Origin: Macrostomum lignano
Taxonomy: Eukaryota
Direction: 5' to 3'
Assembly: GCA_002269645.1 (NCBI GenBank)
Contig: NIVC01000010.1
Span: 1,302,001 to 1,366,000 of the forward strand
DNA length: 64,000 nt
Shown: positions 57,581 through 64,000 of the stretch, one piece after another
How the letters are laid out: each line of letters begins with the position of its first letter
How positions within the stretch are numbered: the first letter of the stretch is position 1
Translations under genes and position numbers: made by a program
The notes under the pieces: generated by a model
What the model saw: the letters and a program-made list of their open reading frames with translations, nothing else
What the model was told of the DNA's origin: nothing
Database searches by the model: none

Positions 57581-60287
57581 GACTAAGACAGGCAGACAGA
57601 CAGACAGACAGACCCCTGGTTCGATTCCGTGCAGGGCCACCTTCATTTGGGACTTCTGCACGAAAATTGCCGATAGGGTTGTGCGATTCACACCACGAGT
57701 GTACCTGCAGAATTTCTCTGCAAATATTGATTTTTATCTTTTTGCCCGAAGATGAGCGACTCCGAGCTCTCCAGACTGCTGGACTCTGTCAACGCCATCG
57801 AGCTGGATGGCAGGGTTCGCCTGCTGCACGAGGATCTGCCACAGCAGGTGCTGTCGGCCCTGATGTCTGCAGCAGTTGAGAATGATTGGACTCTGGCCGC
57901 CCTGCCAGTTGAAGACGCCTGCGCCTCTCTGGCGGACCTGTACGACCCGAGGGTGACGCGGCGGGTCATTCAGCTGCACTCAGTACAGTCTGGCGTCCTT
58001 GGAGACTGCGTTGAGTTGGACTCCAAGCTGGTGAGGAGAAGCTTCTGATTGTGTGGTGTGTTTTGGTATTTCATTCATTCCTGCTTGTGCCAGTGCTGGC
58101 CCTACGGGTTTTACTGGAACTCGGGGAGGGAGCACTGATTGCCTCTGCCTTTTCTCTCTCTTCATTTCACTCCCTTCTCTCTCAATCCCCCTCCCTATGT
58201 CACTCCTCTCAATCCCCCTCCCTCTGTCACTCCTCTCAATCCCCCTCCCTCTGTCACTTCTCTCAATCCCCCTCCCTCTGTCACTTCTCTCAATCCCCCT
58301 CCCTCTGTCACTCCTCTCAATCCCCCTCCCTCTGTCACTCCTCTCAATCCCCCTCCCTCTGTCACTCCTCTCAATCCCCCTCCCTCTGTCACTTCTCTCA
58401 ATCCCCCTCCCTCTGTCACTCCTCTCAATCCCCCTCCCTCTGTCACTTCTCTCAATCCCCCTCCCTCTGTCACTCCTCTCAATCCCCCTCCCTCTGTCAC
58501 TCCTCTCAATCCCCCTCCCTCTGTCACTTCTCTCAATCCCCCTCCCTCTGTCACTCCTCTCAATCCCCCTCCCTCTGTCACTCCTCTCAATCCCCTCCCT
58601 CTGTCACTTCTCTCAATCCCCCTCCCTCTGTCACTTCTCTCAATCCCCCTCCCTCTGTCACTCCTCTCAATCCCCCTCCCTCTGTCACTCCTCTCAATCC
58701 CCCTCCCTCTGTCACTTCTCTCAATCCCCCTCCCTCTGTCACTTCTCTCAATCCCCCTCCCTCTGTCACTTCTCTCAATCCCCCTCCCTCTGTCACTCCT
58801 CTCAATCCCCCTCCCTCTGTCACTCCTCTCAATCCCCCTCCCTCTGTCACTTCTCTCAATCCCCCTCCCTCTGTCACTTCTCTCAATCCCCCTCCCTCTG
58901 TCACTCCTCTCAATCCCCCTCCCTCTGTCTCACTCCTAGACCTAATCGGCATATGTGGCCTGGAATAGTCCAAATTTATCATTAAATCTCCATAACGCTC
59001 ATTACCAGATCAGTCGCACATTTGGGCACTTCCTGCTTCGGCTCGGATCAGCCTACGATCTGTCAGTGTTCCTGCCGCTGTGGCAGGAGGCGGTCTCGGA
59101 CGCTGCCACTGTCAGCTTGGATCATCTAGCTGGCCTCTGTTTAACATCTTCCAGCCCAGGAGACTGCAGCGAGTCTGCAGACTCCATTACTGTCCGATAT
59201 TTCCCAGCTGATCTGCTGCCTGACAACCATGCTGCTAGGTTTGCCGAGCTGTTCAAGGTAAGCATCTCTGCCTAGCTACTTCTGAGTCTACCCCTAGCTA
59301 CTTCTGAGTCTACCCCTAGCTACTTCTGAGTCTACCCCTAGCTACTTCTGAGTCTACCCCTAGCTACTTCTCAGTCTACCCCTAGCTACTTCTGAGTCTA
59401 CCCCTAGCTACTTCTGAGTCTACCCCTAGCTACTTCTCAGTCTACCCCTAGATACCTCTCAGTCTACTCCTAGCTACTACTCAGTCTACCCATAGCTACT
59501 TCTCAGTCTACTCCTAGCTACTACTCAGTCCTCCCATAGCTACTTCTCAGTCTACCCCTAGCTACTTCTGAGTCTACCCCTAGCTACTTCTTAGTCTACC
59601 CCTAGCTACTTCTCAGTCTACCCCTAGATACCTCTCAGTCTACTCCTAGCTACTACTCAGTCTACCCATAGCTACTTCTCAGTCTACTCCTAGCTACTAC
59701 TCAGTCCTCCCATAGCTACTTCTCAGTCTACCCCTAGCTACTTTGAGTCTATCCCTAGCTACTTCTGAGTCTACCCCTCTAGCTACCTAACTTGCTACCT
59801 CAATCTATTAGTCTACCCTATTTACCTCTCCCAGTCTAGCCACCTGTCAGTCTCACTCTCTTTACTATCTACCTCTCAGTATGCTACTTAGCTACATCTC
59901 AAACTACTTCCATCTCCTTGTCTCCTCCCAGACTACTCGACCTCTCATTCTACGTCTTAGCCTACCTCCTAACTACATCTCGATATAATCTAGCTTTCTC
60001 TTAGTCTACCTTAGCTGCCTCCTTAGTTTCTACCTGCCTACTTCCCAATTACCTTGGCTACTTTAAACTCTATGGGTGTGTTATGTAGGTAAGCCGTTAA
60101 TTCATGTCTCACTACACTACTGAAATGTGCCAAATTAACTTCGCAGGCCAGGGCCAAGTGGACATTGGAGGAGTTGCAGCCCTATCTAGAGTCGGTCTGT
60201 TACGGCAAGGTAACGCCCGGCTCGTTGCTGGCTCGATACGCCCGAGTGTCCAACGCCAACGGTAGAAAGTATTACTCGGCTAGGTGA
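55418..60287 (+). CDS. DSCC1: Sister chromatid cohesion protein DCC1; exons 55418-55795, 56605-56808, 57752-58030, 59009-59257, 60147-60287 (~416 aa)
   Basis: Motifs LLELD..L..G..DQEAVLCT..TYEVREVETSNSLML, YAELRRLKP and KWTLEELQPYL..LLARYAR..NGRKYY. Four phase-0 GT-AG introns. Confidence 0.92.
56045..56377 (+). repeat. Two direct copies (~60 bp) of a hairpin-rich motif in DSCC1 intron 1, possibly a Helitron-type terminus
   Basis: GGCTGCGGCAAGCAAGCTCGAAAGAGCTCGCTTCGCTCGCTCTTTCTCGCTATCTACC at ~56047 and ~56319. Confidence 0.6.
57120..57612 (+). repeat. (GACA)n microsatellite with CTAA variants, DSCC1 intron 2
   Basis: Read directly. Confidence 0.95.
58177..58930 (+). repeat. 27-bp pyrimidine-rich minisatellite (CTCTCAATCCCCCTCCCTCTGTCACT[C/T]), DSCC1 intron 3
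   Basis: Read directly. Confidence 0.95.
59272..59780 (+). repeat. 22-bp minisatellite (TAGCTACTTCTGAGTCTACCCC), DSCC1 intron 4, decaying toward ~60050
   Basis: Starts ~15 nt after the donor. Confidence 0.92.
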
Positions 60288-60725
60288 AGCTGATGCATTT
60301 CAATTCTATTTGACGGCCTTATTTAGAACTGGGGCATATAACCCCCGTGTGTACTTCCTCAAAAAGCGAGAGATCTCCTTGCTGCTATCCTTGCTTTTTT
60401 CTTGACGTGAACGATTTTGTCAATTCCAAGTGGCATTTTTGTGATTTTCTACTGCTGCCTGTGCTATCAGGGCTAGCAACAAGTTTAACGCTTTTAAATT
60501 CTACATTTAATAATTGCATTTTAATATTGTTGCAATGCTATTCATAATTAATATAACAGCTAAAAATTAATAGACTTTATCTGTTGCTGTTTCTTTGCTA
60601 CCTGGTTTTGTCATTCCTCATTTGGTGTCAAAAAGTTTTTTGGGTGTATTTCATTCTCCTGTAATCTCCATTTTTATTTAATACTTTTGCAACAGATTCT
60701 TTATTAGTATCTTCATCTCTACCAA

Positions 60726-61365
60726 AGAAACTCGATAATCGCTACCAGAGAACCTGGATAGTCTCCAATAAAGAACCTCGATAATCTCTATGAAGGTACC
60801 TCGATAATTCCCACCAAAGTACCTCGATAATCACATCGAAGTACCTCCAAAGTCCACACCAAAGTACCTCGATAATCCACACCGAAGTACCTCGATAATC
60901 ACATCGAAGTACCTCCAAAGTCCACACCAAAGTACCTCGATAATCCACACCAATTTTTTTTTATTAGAGGCAGGGGGGTTGTGTGCACCCTGGCGCACTT
61001 TAAGCGACGTAGGCACACAACCGGCGAGAGGCATTACTGCCCATTCCGCCGACTCCCCTGAGCAGGCACACAAGCGCGCGGATACGTACGCAGGCACACA
61101 CACACAGGAGTGTACAGCGGCCCTAACTTTATTTTATCGTTAGGCATGTACACTTCACTGCGCCTTGGGGGGTTGGCTCTCAAGGCCGTTAATTGCACGA
61201 GCAGAGCCAAGCCGAGATTCCAATTCAGCCCCAAATTAATGTGACTGCACTTGGAATCGAGCCTGGGTCGCTGGCACACCAGAGCCTGCGCTAGACCGCT
61301 GGGCTACGGCCCCCTTTAATCCACACCAAAGTACCTCGATAATCCCATCATAGTACCTCTATAGT
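60726..61365 (+). repeat. ~22-23-bp minisatellite (GTACCTCGATAATCCACACCAAA) interrupted by a SINE
   Basis: Units occur on both sides of 60954-61316. Confidence 0.85.
60954..61316 (-). mobile_element. tRNA-derived SINE, 363 bp, poly(A) tail, 13-bp TSD TAATCCACACCAA
   Basis: The minus strand begins GGGGGCCGTAGCCCAGCGGTCTAG (A box) ... GGCTCGATTCC (B box) and ends TAATAAAAAAAAA. TSD at 60941-60953 and 61317-61329. Confidence 0.87.
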
Positions 61366-61455
61366 TGCACAACCTACCCTAAATCTATCTAAAAAACAGA
61401 TACCTGAGAATGGAAAACTCAACTACCTTTTATTACAGTCCTAGCAACCGCGGTT

Positions 61456-63933
61456 ATGCAGCGCCATCAACACCAGCAGGCGGAATCGCCCAGTCTCAAT
61501 CGAACCTTTGCTCTGATTTGCTGCGCCACTGCTGCCTGTTTGGTTGCCGTGTGCGCAGCTGCGGCCGTCGCTTCCGGCGTATTGCCTTCCTTTCGAGTGG
61601 AATTGTCCACCTGCTCATTGGAAGAGACTACTAGCAGTAGTCTAAAGGACCGATTGAGCATTCAGCAGCAGTTGCAGAACGTTCGGCGCGACTTGACGAA
61701 AGGCCTGTCCAGCTGCGCTGCGGAAGCTTCCGCTGGTAGCGGGGAGACCGGAGCCCAGTTGGAGTCGGTTCGGTTTGCATTGATTGAATTGCGTCACAGG
61801 CTGGACCGGCTGTCTTCGGATGTGGCCGAATTGACAGTTGCTATGCGAAGGCAGCAATCGGTGGCGACACCGGAAGTTAAGCCGAAAGAAAAGCCAGCAC
61901 CAATCAGGCCCCTGCCAGAGTCTAATGCGGCTGTTACTCAGTCTAAAATAGCTGCTACAGAGAAACCGGAAGTAGCTAAGACTAAACCAGAAGTGTCTAA
62001 AGATAAACTGGAAGTAGCTAAAGTTAAACCGGAAGTAGTTAAAACTAAACCAGAAGCAGGTAAAGCTAAACCGGAAGTAAAAACCGCCGATGCATCTGCA
62101 TCGAAAGCGCCTCCGGCGCCGCAAAGAATCCAGCCAAATGCTGGCGGTGGAGCGACCCCGCCGATTCGGGTTATGTCGCAGGCCGACATGCGCCAAGCGG
62201 AACTCGACAAGCAGCCGATGGTGCGAGCTGGCAGCGGCGAACTGCTTGGTCGACAGGTGCTGCACGGCATTAAGCCGAAGAAGATCTTTCAAGATGGCAG
62301 GCGAATTCCGCCGGTGAAGTTGGAGAGAATCATTCCTGCGCCTGGCAGCTCTGTGCAGGTAAAGCTGAGACAGACTGGCAAACAGGCAAAGAGACAGAAA
62401 GACAGACAGACACAGAATACTATGACGGACGCGAATGCGGCACGAATACGAAATCTCAACAAATTTCATGCCGCATGCAGTTGAAGTGATCTACACCCAG
62501 AAACATGTTAAAGTTTCCACCACGTAACCAGTGGTCAACTTTTCTTTATGGGTGATGAAACTTGTTAAAAACAGGGCTGGGCGAGTGTTGGTTCAGTCAC
62601 TTTTGAGTACCGAAGCAGCCTGAAGCAGTGACGAAGTTGAAAGCGGAGAGTTAAAGAGCCAGAGTTGGATTAAAGCTGCCACTATCAGTTCTCAGTAGTT
62701 CTCAAAGTCTACCAAATGTCAACTGCCGAGCGATGGTGTAGGCTCGTGCGTGCTATTGGCATGCGTTTATCCGGGGCATTTGGTCGATCGCACACAATTG
62801 AGGCTGGGATTTGAGAAAATTTGACCATTGTTTAACATGTTGCTGAGTGTATTTTTAGTCCTACAAGTTACTGATTAAAATGCACGAACAAGCAAAATCT
62901 GAGGATGCGACTCCAGTCACAGTCAGTACGAGCAAACCCAAAATAATCGGGAGCTTCTTAATTTAAGTTCTCCCTCCTGTGTTGCGTCGAACTATAAGTA
63001 AACAACCTTTGTGATTGCACCAATCAGACTTTATCATAAAACTTACTACCAACTCCAATAACCCTTCTTCTCACCTGTCAGGTATACATGTTCGACGAGT
63101 TGTTATCGGATGTGGAATCAGACAGCTTGGCTGCTGTTCATTTCAAACGGTTGGAGGCTCTGTCTAGCAGAAAGCCCATTGTCTGTTTTGATTCGGAAGC
63201 TACAATGCAACGGCTCGTAGCTGATGAGGCCGGAGTTGTACGCAGAGGGGTGAGCTATTGTGGTTTGGTTTGGTTTTTGCTTCCATAGCTAGCAGGTTGA
63301 CATTTCTGCATTGATCAGTCATGCTCTTGGTTCTCAATCTGGCCCTTGAGGTAAAAAAGTGTGTCGACCCCTTATTTATACAGAATTTTTATTATTCAAA
63401 TTAGAAGCTTCCCATTAAGAAGCAGAGCTACAATTCAGGGAATGAGGCAGGTACTATTTTATCTATCTATCTTAACCAACCCGAAACAGCTCTCGTCAGC
63501 TGATTTCACCGCCGGCACGCGTTGCCTGAACGCGAGTCTGTCCGCAAAAGCTTCTAGTTGGCTTCGCTTTAATTGGACCCGATCGACTGTGTTCTACCCT
63601 GGCGAGAGCCGGTTCACCGCCGGCCCACTGGCTGACAGATTCCTCAAATCCATGGGCTTGCCAGCTAGTCATGCCGGACGCTTGGACGTCACCAGCCATC
63701 CTCTTGGCCAGGGATTCTCTGAACAACTCGATTGTAAAGCTAAAAATGGTGCCAGCGGTGCAATTTTTGCCACCGTTCGGGTGTTTCTGGACACAGTGAC
63801 GCGTGGTGGAGAATTTCACCTGCCCAAGCTGGGTATTTGGCTGCGACCGAGGAAGTCTCGGGCGCTGCTTGTGACGCAACTGGCACCAGATACCGGAGCT
63901 TGCGAGCCAGCTGCTGCCTACAATTCTAGCTGG
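61456..63933 (+). CDS. Type-II membrane prolyl-4-hydroxylase-like (2OG-Fe(II) fold) protein, 3'-incomplete; exons 61456-62358, 63082-63249, 63490-63933
   Basis: N-terminal TM segment, coiled coil and KPEV heptad repeats, then VYMFDELLSDVE and ATVRVFLDTVTRGGEFHLPKLGIWLRPRKSRALL, matching the P4H catalytic-domain pattern. Phase-0 GT-AG junctions, with a donor at 63934. Confidence 0.8.
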
Positions 63934-64000
63934 GTGAGTTGCTATGAACTCGTATAAAATTTTTGGCTGTCTGACCGTTTTCACGCACTTAAATAAACAC

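Noticed and set aside
57612-57642. GGTTCGATTCC B-box-like tRNA fragment
   Set aside because: Only a 3' half with no A box or cloverleaf. At most a SINE/tRNA relic.
58051-58985. ~300-aa ORFs in three frames
   Set aside because: 27-bp repeat inside DSCC1 intron 3.
62359-62484. C-terminus of the 342-aa ORF (VKLRQTGKQ...)
   Set aside because: Read-through into the intron after the GT donor at 62359. The gene continues at 63082.

Overview
Eukaryotic (metazoan) genomic DNA: GC-rich spliced genes in AT-rich spacers, with unusually many minisatellites, many of them inside introns. This style resembles the flatworm Macrostomum, but that is inference only. Host genes reconstructed by hand from GT-AG junctions and reading-frame phase are: a FAM174-like last exon, HEN1/HENMT1 (3 exons), NSFL1C/p47 (2 exons), two tandem BIR-BIR-UBA-RING IAP paralogs, a Tyr/Trp/Pro-rich 2-exon protein, a secreted 8-Cys defensin-like peptide, DSCC1 (5 exons), and a type-II membrane prolyl-4-hydroxylase-like protein whose Fe-binding histidines appear replaced. 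Mobile elements are: an apparently intact 6.66-kb CMC/EnSpm-type transposon (TIRs, 2-bp TSD, intact transposase plus a 7-exon BEN-like accessory gene not visible as a single ORF), a decayed RTE-like LINE with a foldback element inside it, a deleted DIRS/Ngaro-type retroelement, a tRNA-derived SINE with a 13-bp TSD, several MITEs and a possible LTR. The most notable observations are the two-gene EnSpm system, the mosaic near-identical-domain/hyperdivergent-linker IAP pair, the defensin-like peptide and the putative pseudo-hydroxylase. All coordinates were counted by eye, and family assignments come from recalled motifs, not database searches.
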